This document shows, in pieces, positions 47,772-56,195 of a stretch of DNA of 64,000 nt (its first letter is position 1; each line of letters opens with the position of its first letter). Source of the stretch: Gammaproteobacteria bacterium (GTDB taxonomy: Bacteria > Pseudomonadota > Gammaproteobacteria > Coxiellales > Coxiellaceae); assembly GCA_013287505.1 (NCBI GenBank), contig JABDDR010000001.1, forward strand, positions 17,931 through 81,930, given 5' to 3'. The position numbers and the translations under genes were made by a program. The notes beneath the pieces are model-generated. The model was not told the DNA's origin. It did not search any database and saw only the letters and a list, made by a program, of their open reading frames with translations.

Positions 47772-48434
47772 CTAATGTTTTTTTTGAGCGCTTAAAAGTA
47801 ATTTTTGTATCCATTTTTGCATCCATATTGGCATAGCGTGCAGTCCATCTCGTAAGTCTTTGCAAATAATGTCACCCTGTTTTGTATCCTGTAAAATGCG
47901 GATCAATTTTTTTTGTATGCTTTTTTGTTCCGCTTCTGAAAGCCCTTTGATTGCGTCATGCAGCCAATAAAGTGCTTGCACGATTCGCATACTGGGGCGT
48001 CCTGCCCAATATAGTTTGCCGGGGGTGGTTAATTTAAATTGAATGGTGAGATTTCCCAATTTTATTGGACGCAAGCGACCATCTGTATGTACCACGACTT
48101 TCCCGAGTACTGCATGCGTTAACCCCAAATCATTCGCAGCAGTTAGTCCATCCATTAATATTCGTATTGAATCACGACGAGCAATGGCGTCGATTACTTT
48201 TTGATAACTTGGTACAGAAAGTTGATCAGTGAGCGTATTGATTTTCGGTTGATCATAAAGCCCGCGACTAATGCGGCGTAATTCATGATGGGTGGTGAGT
48301 CGTTGTAGTGCTTTATCTATTGCATCACGCGTACCCATATCCAGAAAATCTGTCGGAGTCCATACATCCCCGTGATCAGCCTTATGAATGCGTTGCATGA
48401 TAAGTGATTTCAGTGTGGTAGTCATAGCAAACAT
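47772..48434 (-). CDS. AbiEi-family (DUF6088-like) type IV antitoxin/transcriptional regulator
   Basis: WTPTDFLDMGTRDAIDKALQRLTTHHELRRISRGLYD wHTH pattern typical of AbiEi/DUF6088 proteins. Confidence 0.6.
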   Translation of the reverse strand: MFAMTTTLKSLIMQRIHKADHGDVWTPTDFLDMGTRDAIDKALQRLTTHHELRRISRGLYDQPKINTLTDQLSVPSYQKVIDAIARRDSIRILMDGLTAANDLGLTHAVLGKVVVHTDGRLRPIKLGNLTIQFKLTTPGKLYWAGRPSMRIVQALYWLHDAIKGLSEAEQKSIQKKLIRILQDTKQGDIICKDLRDGLHAMPIWMQKWIQKLLLSAQKKH

Positions 48435-48687
48435 GCTTATTATTGTCTTAAATTAGTATACACTTTTCGGACAAAAATACCAAGTTTTTATCGAGGATCG
48501 CTTGATGGAAAATCAGTGTTGCTCGATCCGATCTTTTTAATTGCACTTACTGCTGCTTATCGCACTGTGTCATTATTGTGACGTATTTAGAGATATCTAA
48601 CACTGATTGTGACTGTGATAGACTGTTTTTCACCTTGAATTGCATCGCAAGGCTTTGATTTTTCGTACTTTATACCATGGCGATAGC

Positions 48688-48741
48688 GACTGTTAATCAC
48701 TTGGTCGCAGGTATCGAGTCCGGCCCGGGGAGCCGGAATAA
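48688..48741 (+). repeat. Partial copy of the tRNA-Asn 3' half (att-type direct repeat)
   Basis: gactgttaatcacttggtcgcaggtatcgagtccggcccggggagccggaataa compared with 42896-42948 shows two substitutions and one 1-nt insertion. The match extends 6 nt past the tRNA end. Confidence 0.85.
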
Positions 48742-48849
48742 TCTTTTGTTTTGCGTGAAAATCATAACGCTCATCATTAATAAAATTATCAGCACATTAC
48801 ATGGTGTCGCCAGGTATAATAATCATTAACAAATCAATAGGCATGGTCT

Positions 48850-50217
48850 ATGCGGTATATCCCGCTACGAAAAAATGATTTATATCCACTATTAAAATTA
48901 GCAATGCCGCTCGCGCTGATGGGTATTATTGGCGGTTCTGTGGGTTTTTTTCAAACGTTATTTTTAGCGCATATCAATCATGAAACGCTTGCTGCAGGCG
49001 CTTTGGTCAGTTATTTATATGGCACATTTGCCGTTATATTGTTTGGTACGTTAAGCGCCATCAATGTTTTAATTTCTCATAAACATGGCGCACAAGATAA
49101 AATTGGCGTAGCGCATGTGATACGCGATGGATTATTTCTAGCGATACTTCTGACGGTTCCATCATTTTTATTATTTTGGAATATGGCACCTATTTTTCTT
49201 CTATTTGGGCAGAAACCTTCGGTGGTTCTACTGGCAAAATCATATTTGCATGCATTGTCCTGGGGGCTATTGCCCGATTTAATTACATTTGCACTTTTCG
49301 AATTTTTAATAGGATTGGGTAAAACACGGCTTCTTACGTTTTTTACAGTGTTCTGTGTGTCACTGATTATTCTATTTAGTTATATTTTAATTTTTGGGAA
49401 ATTTGGATTCCCGGCTTTAGGTATCGCAGGTGCAGGTTGGGGGATGACAATCGCTTTTTGGATTCTAGCAATAGCACTTGTCATTTTTCTTTTAACACAT
49501 AAAGAATATAAAAAATACTTCCACCGCATTTTTAATCGAAAAAAACCCACTTTTTTACGTGAACTATTGCGTGTTGGCGTTCCAATGGGAGCGATGTATT
49601 TTTTTGAAGTGGGATTTTTCTTTGCGCTTACTTTAGTGATGGGGTCATTTAACAGCGAATTATTAGCAGCTAATCAAATTGTAATGCAATATTTAGGCAC
49701 TTTAATGGGTGTTGTTTTTTCTATTGCGCAAGCTGTTACAGTCCGCATGGGACATTTACTCGGAGCCAAAGAAATAAATTCAGCAAAACAAGCTGGGTAC
49801 GCAGGAATTTATTTATCAGTATTTTTCATGGGGATCATTGCAATTTGTTATTGGGTATTGCCATCCTTGCTCATATCAGTCGATTTTAATATTCATAGTC
49901 CAAATAATATCGCGATCGTCAGTGATATAAAAAAATTATTTATGATTGCTGCCGTTTTTCAAATTTTTGAAGCGATCCGATTGTCATTGTTTGGCGCATT
50001 GCGCGCATTAAAAGATACTAATTTTACACTAATGATATCCATCATTAGTTTTTGGTTTCTTGCGCTGCCAGTTGGATACCTACTCGCTACCTATTTTCAT
50101 TTAAGTGGTGAAGGACTTTGGTGGGGTATGGTGATAGGCGCTAGTTTTAGTGTTTGTTTGTTATTTCGGCGGTTTCAAGAACGTGTCAGGCAAGAGTTAT
50201 TTGACTTATTTCGATAA
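48850..50217 (+). CDS. MATE family efflux transporter (paralogue of 41330-42676)
   Basis: 455 aa with 12 TM segments, collinear with the other MATE protein. Confidence 0.85.
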   Translation: MRYIPLRKNDLYPLLKLAMPLALMGIIGGSVGFFQTLFLAHINHETLAAGALVSYLYGTFAVILFGTLSAINVLISHKHGAQDKIGVAHVIRDGLFLAILLTVPSFLLFWNMAPIFLLFGQKPSVVLLAKSYLHALSWGLLPDLITFALFEFLIGLGKTRLLTFFTVFCVSLIILFSYILIFGKFGFPALGIAGAGWGMTIAFWILAIALVIFLLTHKEYKKYFHRIFNRKKPTFLRELLRVGVPMGAMYFFEVGFFFALTLVMGSFNSELLAANQIVMQYLGTLMGVVFSIAQAVTVRMGHLLGAKEINSAKQAGYAGIYLSVFFMGIIAICYWVLPSLLISVDFNIHSPNNIAIVSDIKKLFMIAAVFQIFEAIRLSLFGALRALKDTNFTLMISIISFWFLALPVGYLLATYFHLSGEGLWWGMVIGASFSVCLLFRRFQERVRQELFDLFR

Positions 50218-50366
50218 AATAGTTTTAATTTTACAATTTTATGATTCTTTGCAATTGATGCTGTATTTAGCGAAACTTAAAACAAGTCAGATAACTCTTG
50301 CCTGACACGCTCATGTAAAGAATACCAAGCGTTAAATAAATTTCTAAAACATAAAGGAGTTTTGAT

Positions 50367-50837
50367 ATGACAATATCCATCGGCAACGTTATTCCACAAT
50401 TTAGCGGCAAAACCAAAGACGGTGTTTTTGATTTTAATGCACTGCATGGAAAAAACATGGTTATTTATTTTTACCCGAAAGACAGCACACCCGGTTGCAC
50501 CATTGAATCAAAAGCATTCCGCGATCATTATGCAGAATTTCAATCAGAAAACACTGAAATTGTCGGCATTTCTCGCGATAGTATTCAATCACATTGTAAA
50601 TTTATCGATAACCATCAATTAAATTTTCCGTTGGTCAGTGACGATGATGAATCTATCTGCAAGTTATTTAATGTACTTAAAGACAAAAGTATGTTTGGAA
50701 AAAAATATAAAGGTATTGAGCGCAGTACATTTTTAGTCGATAAAAAAGGTGTTTTGAGACATGAATGGCGCGATGTATCAGTAATGGGTCATGTAAAAGA
50801 AGTGTTAAATGCTGTAAAACAACTGAATAAGGGATAA
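50367..50837 (+). CDS. bcp: Thiol peroxidase Bcp (peroxiredoxin)
   Basis: FYPKDSTPGCTIE peroxidatic Cys motif. Length is 156 aa. Confidence 0.9.
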   Translation: MTISIGNVIPQFSGKTKDGVFDFNALHGKNMVIYFYPKDSTPGCTIESKAFRDHYAEFQSENTEIVGISRDSIQSHCKFIDNHQLNFPLVSDDDESICKLFNVLKDKSMFGKKYKGIERSTFLVDKKGVLRHEWRDVSVMGHVKEVLNAVKQLNKG

Positions 50838-50912
50838 CCTGCCTCCTTAAATATACGGTAGAGCCAACTACCTATAATCGTGATAGATTGTCGCTTATCA
50901 GAAATTAGAGCG

Positions 50913-52610
50913 ATGGTAAAAACAGCTATGCAGCAAAAAGAAGCATTTGATTTATTAAAAATGGGGAAAAATATTTTTCTCACGGGTGCAGCAGGTTCTG
51001 GTAAAACGTATTTATTAAATCAATATATTCGTTATCTCAAAGAAAATAATGTCGGCGTTGCTGTTACTGCATCAACAGGTATTGCTGCAACGCATCTACA
51101 AGGATCAACATTGCATTCCTGGTCAGGAATAGGTGTAAAAGATAAGCTGGATCAGAATGATTTAGAAAAATTACTCAAGACCGATCGCATCAAACGTAAT
51201 TACAAAAAAACAAAAGTGTTGATCATCGATGAAATATCCATGTTACACAAACATCAGTTAGATATGGTAAATACAATTGCGCGTTATATTTTAAATTCAG
51301 ACAAAGCATTTGGTGGCATGCAAATTATTTTATGTGGTGATTTTTTTCAGCTGCCACCCGTATCCTCTGGTTTTTCCGCAAAAGAAATACAATTTGCTTT
51401 TGAAGCACAAGCGTGGATCGATGCTGAGTTTTATGTGTGTTATTTGCATGAACAACACCGTCAAGGCAATGATCCACTGCTTGCGATTTTAAATGATATA
51501 CGCAGTGGGTCAGCAGGAGAGCATACCAAAGTCCCTTTGCGTACCCGTTACAAAAAAGAGCCTATTGGTCCAACCAAAGCAACCCGATTATATTCGCGCA
51601 ATATCAATGTGGATGTGATAAATGACCAGGAACTCACAAGCCTTAAGGGTAAAGAAAAAATATTTAAAATGGTAACAGATGGATTCAGCACATTGGTAGA
51701 AAGTCTCAAAAAGAGCTGTCTCGCCTTAGAACAATTAAAATTAAAAATTGGCGCTGAAGTCATGTTTATAAAAAATGATGTGTCAGGAAAATATGTCAAT
51801 GGTACGCAATGTATTGTTGTAGATTTTGATAAAAATGAAGGCTGGCCTGTTGTTAAAACACATGCTGGCGAGATTATTACCGCCTTTCCAGAAGAATGGA
51901 CGTATGAAGAAAATGACATTGTGCGCGCAACACTAATACAAGTGCCACTGCGACTTGCTTGGGCGATTACTATTCACAAGAGTCAAGGCATGACACTGGA
52001 CGCAGCGGAAATCGATTTAGGCGATGCTTTTGAACCAGGTATGGGATACGTTGCGTTATCACGAGTGCGCAGTTTAAGTGGTTTAAAACTGATGAATTTA
52101 AATGAAATGGCATTAAAAGTAAATTCTAAAATTCTTGAGCAAGATGACGTCTTTAAAAATAATTCGATGACTCATGTAAATTATTTAAAAACATTATCTG
52201 AAAAAGAAAAAATTGAACATCAACAAAAAATATTAACAGAACGTTTTGATGGCAACAAAACAAAATCCATTGTGAAGAAAAAAAATATCAGCGTGAAAAA
52301 AACCAAAATTCCAACGCATACAACAACATTAGAAATGCTAAAAGAAAATTTATCCATTGCATCAATTGCTGAAAAACGGGAATTAACTATTGGCACCGTC
52401 ATCAACCATATAGAAAAGTTGAAAGGCTTAAAACAGATTGATCATGCAATTATTGAAAATCTAAAAAATGCGATATCAAAAAATGACTTTGATATTATTT
52501 TTACTGCATTAGAAAAATCAGATGATGGTGGGTTAAAGTCGATTTACGAAAAATTTGAGGGGAAATATTCCTATGATTTTATTAAAATCGTCAGATTGTT
52601 TGTGCGCTAG
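50913..52610 (+). CDS. PIF1/RecD-family ATP-dependent DNA helicase with C-terminal HTH region
   Basis: Walker A GAAGSGKT, Walker B VLIIDEISML, LCGDFFQLPPV and ITIHKSQGMT. The start is uncertain (50880 GTG, 50913 or 50928 ATG). Confidence 0.85.
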   Translation: MVKTAMQQKEAFDLLKMGKNIFLTGAAGSGKTYLLNQYIRYLKENNVGVAVTASTGIAATHLQGSTLHSWSGIGVKDKLDQNDLEKLLKTDRIKRNYKKTKVLIIDEISMLHKHQLDMVNTIARYILNSDKAFGGMQIILCGDFFQLPPVSSGFSAKEIQFAFEAQAWIDAEFYVCYLHEQHRQGNDPLLAILNDIRSGSAGEHTKVPLRTRYKKEPIGPTKATRLYSRNINVDVINDQELTSLKGKEKIFKMVTDGFSTLVESLKKSCLALEQLKLKIGAEVMFIKNDVSGKYVNGTQCIVVDFDKNEGWPVVKTHAGEIITAFPEEWTYEENDIVRATLIQVPLRLAWAITIHKSQGMTLDAAEIDLGDAFEPGMGYVALSRVRSLSGLKLMNLNEMALKVNSKILEQDDVFKNNSMTHVNYLKTLSEKEKIEHQQKILTERFDGNKTKSIVKKKNISVKKTKIPTHTTTLEMLKENLSIASIAEKRELTIGTVINHIEKLKGLKQIDHAIIENLKNAISKNDFDIIFTALEKSDDGGLKSIYEKFEGKYSYDFIKIVRLFVR

Positions 52611-52630
52611 TTATGCAACTATTTATTTTC

Positions 52631-52805
52631 GTAACAGCTTAGTGCTCCATACTTTGAGTACGTAAAACGTCAATTTTTGTCGAGGTTGTGTGGAAAAATT
52701 TTTTAAAAAGCGGAGCATACACGCTAGTATGTGAGCATTTTTAAAAAATTTTTACGCACAAGATCGGCAAAAAGTGGCGTTTCCAGCTACGGAGTGATCT
52801 GTTAC
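52631..52805 (+). mobile_element. 175-bp MITE-like palindromic element, copy 2
   Basis: It differs from 12344-12518 at 5 positions by manual alignment. It is flanked by ttattttc / ttattttt and abuts the stop codon of the REC-GGDEF-EAL gene. Confidence 0.8.
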
Positions 52806-54509
52806 TTATTTTTGTTGTGATAACAATTCTGTAAATTTTTCAGCAGTAATCGGCTTGCTAAATAAATACCCTTGCATAATATCGCATTGCTTTTCTTTTA
52901 AAATATCCAATTGCGCTTGTGTTTCAACCCCCTCCGCAACAATGGTTAAACCCAAGCTTTTGGCCATCGCAATAATAGCCGATACAATTGCTTCACTGTC
53001 TTTTGAGGCCACAATATCATCAATAAACGATTTATCAATTTTTAAAACATCAAATGGAAATTTTTTAAGGTAGCTGAGCGACGAATATCCCGTACCAAAA
53101 TCATCTAATGATAATTTGAAACCTAAATTTTTCAATGTTTGTAATAATTTTATGTTTCGTTCTGTATTTTCCATCAGGATACTTTCAGTAATTTCCAATT
53201 CTAAATTTTCCGAAGAAACGTCCGTTGATTTTAGAATCGCCTTGATTAATTCAATTAATCCAGTATGGGTAAATTGTCGTTGTGATAAATTGACAGCAAC
53301 AGTAAGTTCCGTGTAACCCATTGCACGCCACAATTTTATTTGCTCACACACCGCATGAAATACATAGGCACCAATATCTATAATTAATCCCGATTCTTCG
53401 CACAATGAAAGGAACAAATTAGGCGTAATTAATCCACGCGTTGGATGCTGCCATCGTAACAATGCTTCAGCACCCATTATTTTTTTACTTTGAATATCTA
53501 CCTGCGGCTGGTAATACAGCACAAATTCTTTTTTTTCTATGGCATCATGCAAATCAGACTCGAGCGTTAATTTTTCTTTAGGCTTATTTAAACTGGAATC
53601 GTAAATTTGAACATTATTGCCTCCTAGCTTTTTACTATAAAGTAAAGCGAGATTGGCGCATTGTCTGAGAAGATCAGGATTTCTGGCATGTTGCGGATAA
53701 TAACTGACACCCATACTCACGTTGATATATAATTTTGACCCTGCAATCATAAAAGGTTGCTTGAGTCTGTTTGATACTGTCTCAATAAAATCATTAATGG
53801 CAGATAAGTCAAATTCATTGACATAAATAATAGAAAATTGATTGCTGCTCAATCTTGCTACTTCACCTTGATTCACGTCTAGTTGCGATAAACGTATAGC
53901 GATTTCTTTTAATACTTTATCACCATTTTCAAAACCAAAACTATTATTAATTTCTTCAAAGCGATCGACATCAATCGTCAAAAGTGCAAATTTAGGCTCG
54001 CGAGCTTCTGCTTTTTTTATCACAGAAAATAAATTTTGAGAAAAAGACAATCGATTACACAATCCTGTTAATTTATCTTGATACATTAATTTTTCAAGTT
54101 CGCGTTCATTTTCCTTTACTTTTATTTGTTCATCATATTTTTTTAATGCATCATTGACGTCTTTTAACAACAATTCGTCATCCCAGGGTTTTGTCAAAAA
54201 TTTAAAAATTGCGCCTTCATTAATGGCGCTTTGAACCGCATTAAAATCTGCATAGCCACTTAATATCAATCGAACAGTATCAGGATATAATTTTCGAACA
54301 ATTATCAACAGTTGCGAACCTGTCATCGTAGGCATACGTTGATCAGAAATAATGACCTGCACTTTTTCATTCAACAATAATTCAAGCGCTTCTTTTCCGC
54401 TATTAGCCATTAAAACACGATACCCATTATCACTAAACAAGCGTGTCAGTGATCGTAAAACATTAGGTTCGTCATCAACAAGTAATAATGTATTTTGCAT
54501 ATTTCTCAC
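52806..54509 (-). CDS. Response regulator REC - degenerate GGDEF - EAL (c-di-GMP phosphodiesterase)
   Basis: REC LLVDDEPN...ISDQRMP. The GGDEF signature is replaced by RLSSNQF. The EAL set is intact: EALLRW, ELEITES, DDFGTGYSS, KIDKSF, EGVETQ and QGYLFSKP. Confidence 0.88.
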   Translation of the reverse strand: MRNMQNTLLLVDDEPNVLRSLTRLFSDNGYRVLMANSGKEALELLLNEKVQVIISDQRMPTMTGSQLLIIVRKLYPDTVRLILSGYADFNAVQSAINEGAIFKFLTKPWDDELLLKDVNDALKKYDEQIKVKENERELEKLMYQDKLTGLCNRLSFSQNLFSVIKKAEAREPKFALLTIDVDRFEEINNSFGFENGDKVLKEIAIRLSQLDVNQGEVARLSSNQFSIIYVNEFDLSAINDFIETVSNRLKQPFMIAGSKLYINVSMGVSYYPQHARNPDLLRQCANLALLYSKKLGGNNVQIYDSSLNKPKEKLTLESDLHDAIEKKEFVLYYQPQVDIQSKKIMGAEALLRWQHPTRGLITPNLFLSLCEESGLIIDIGAYVFHAVCEQIKLWRAMGYTELTVAVNLSQRQFTHTGLIELIKAILKSTDVSSENLELEITESILMENTERNIKLLQTLKNLGFKLSLDDFGTGYSSLSYLKKFPFDVLKIDKSFIDDIVASKDSEAIVSAIIAMAKSLGLTIVAEGVETQAQLDILKEKQCDIMQGYLFSKPITAEKFTELLSQQK

Positions 54510-54557
54510 ATAGTTCTAACTTGCAAATAAATAGAAAAAAATGTTATTAAGTCATAA

Positions 54558-56180
54558 TCACCGGATAGGTAAATACACGGTAAAGGTAGATCCTTTTCCG
54601 AGAGCACTATCCACTGTAATGACACCGCCATGTATTTTTATAATATTATAACTGAGCGTTAAGCCCAATCCTGATGAACGCCCCATGAGTTTTGTTGTGA
54701 AAAATGGCTCAAAAATATGAGGTAGATTATCAAGCGAGATACCTGAGCCATTATCAGTGATACTCACTTGAATTTCAGACGCATTGGCAGTGGATGTAAT
54801 TGTTATCTCTCCAAAATTTATTATTGATTCTGCTGCATTGATTAACAAATTCACAAATACCACTTCTATTTGTTGTGAATTACAAAAAATATCTGGCACA
54901 GTGTTAAAATTTTTATGCAGTGTGCATTTATTTTTTAATGCATTCCATGACAAAGCGATAGCTGATTCAATGCAAACATTTATATTTTTTTTCTCTGTTA
55001 AGCCTTCAGCATTATTGGAAAATATTTTAAGACTATTAACAATTTTTTGTATGCGCGACAACCCTTCTTCGGTTTCGTGAAAAATATCCGGTATATCATT
55101 ATTTTTTAAAGCATCTGGTTTCTGATCTGAATATAATTTTGAAATACGTTTTTCCAATGCAGCAATATTGCTAACAACGTAACTGAGTGGATTATTGATT
55201 TCATGCGCAATTCCTGCGGCCAATTGGCCCACCGTTGCCATTTTTTCGGATTGCAATAACTGAGATTGCATCTCATTAAGATGTTTCAAAACATCAGACA
55301 ATTGTGAATTTGTTTTCTGTAAATCTTCAGTTTTAAGTGCAATACCCTTTTCAAGATCTGATGTATATTTTAATTGTTGTTGTTGTAGCGCCCCTGTCAC
55401 GCTCAATTGCCGATACTGTGAAACAATTAATGCAATAAAAAACGTAAAACCAATAATTTCAGCAATTAAAATAGCCAAAGCAGTGCGTGAAGCAGCACCA
55501 ATCGCACCATTGAGTGGTGCTGTGCGCGGTAAAAATAAGGCTGATTTCATGCTGATATAATACATTCCAAACATGGCAACGGCCATTATCATTGCACTCA
55601 AAATTTGTTGAATCATTTTTTGATTGATAGATTGTACTTTACTTAAAAAGGCTATCCACAATGCAATTTCAGTGAACAAAAAAGCAACCACAATAGAAAG
55701 TAAAAAGAGTGAGGGTAGGTATACAATATCCACCCGCACCTCTAGGCCTTCCATGCCACTGTAGTGCGTAATAATAATCGCAATACTCAAAACTATACCG
55801 CTCAAAAATAAACGGTATTTTGATGGGTGTTGACGACGAAAAAAACAAAGCGCAATCCCCACGCTAATAATGGCAACCGCAAGAGATTCAATTGTCCAAA
55901 ATAAATCAAATTCTACAGGAACGGGTAACTGATAAGCCATCATGCCAATAAAATGCATGGACCAAATACCGGCGCCAATGACAGTAGCGCTAAAGATATG
56001 CCAAGCAATTTTTAATACCGTATTTTTTTCAGCGCGCAAATGTTCAATCAAATTTAAACCGACGTAGGCAGTAATTACAGCAATAAAATAAGTCAAACCA
56101 ACCAAGCTATTATTAAATACACCGCGTATTGCGTTAGCGGGAACGGGTCCTATTAGAAAATAATTTGTGTCAATATACAT
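54558..56180 (-). CDS. MHYT-domain sensor histidine kinase
   Basis: N-terminal polytopic region with MHYT-type repeats WSMHFIGMMAY / THYSGMEGL / GMYYISMKS, then H-box AAGIAHEINNPL and an HATPase domain (GSGISLDNLPHIFEPFFTTK, GLGLTLS). Confidence 0.85.
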   Translation of the reverse strand: MYIDTNYFLIGPVPANAIRGVFNNSLVGLTYFIAVITAYVGLNLIEHLRAEKNTVLKIAWHIFSATVIGAGIWSMHFIGMMAYQLPVPVEFDLFWTIESLAVAIISVGIALCFFRRQHPSKYRLFLSGIVLSIAIIITHYSGMEGLEVRVDIVYLPSLFLLSIVVAFLFTEIALWIAFLSKVQSINQKMIQQILSAMIMAVAMFGMYYISMKSALFLPRTAPLNGAIGAASRTALAILIAEIIGFTFFIALIVSQYRQLSVTGALQQQQLKYTSDLEKGIALKTEDLQKTNSQLSDVLKHLNEMQSQLLQSEKMATVGQLAAGIAHEINNPLSYVVSNIAALEKRISKLYSDQKPDALKNNDIPDIFHETEEGLSRIQKIVNSLKIFSNNAEGLTEKKNINVCIESAIALSWNALKNKCTLHKNFNTVPDIFCNSQQIEVVFVNLLINAAESIINFGEITITSTANASEIQVSITDNGSGISLDNLPHIFEPFFTTKLMGRSSGLGLTLSYNIIKIHGGVITVDSALGKGSTFTVYLPIR

Positions 56181-56195
56181 AATATTTTCTCTATA

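Larger units (their letters stand above)
42943..48741. mobile_element. Degraded, integrase-less genomic island inserted at tRNA-Asn
   Basis: Bounded by the tRNA 3' half (42896-48) and its imperfect direct copy (48688-48741). The contents are pseudogenes plus defence-type and orphan genes, all on the minus strand. Confidence 0.65.

Noticed and set aside
42943-48741. Integrase, recombinase or transposase for the tRNA-Asn island
   Set aside because: None of the listed ORFs, and none of the gene-free stretches I translated by eye (42943-43263, 45627-46152, 48435-48687), shows tyrosine or serine recombinase motifs. The island is therefore called degraded rather than mobile.
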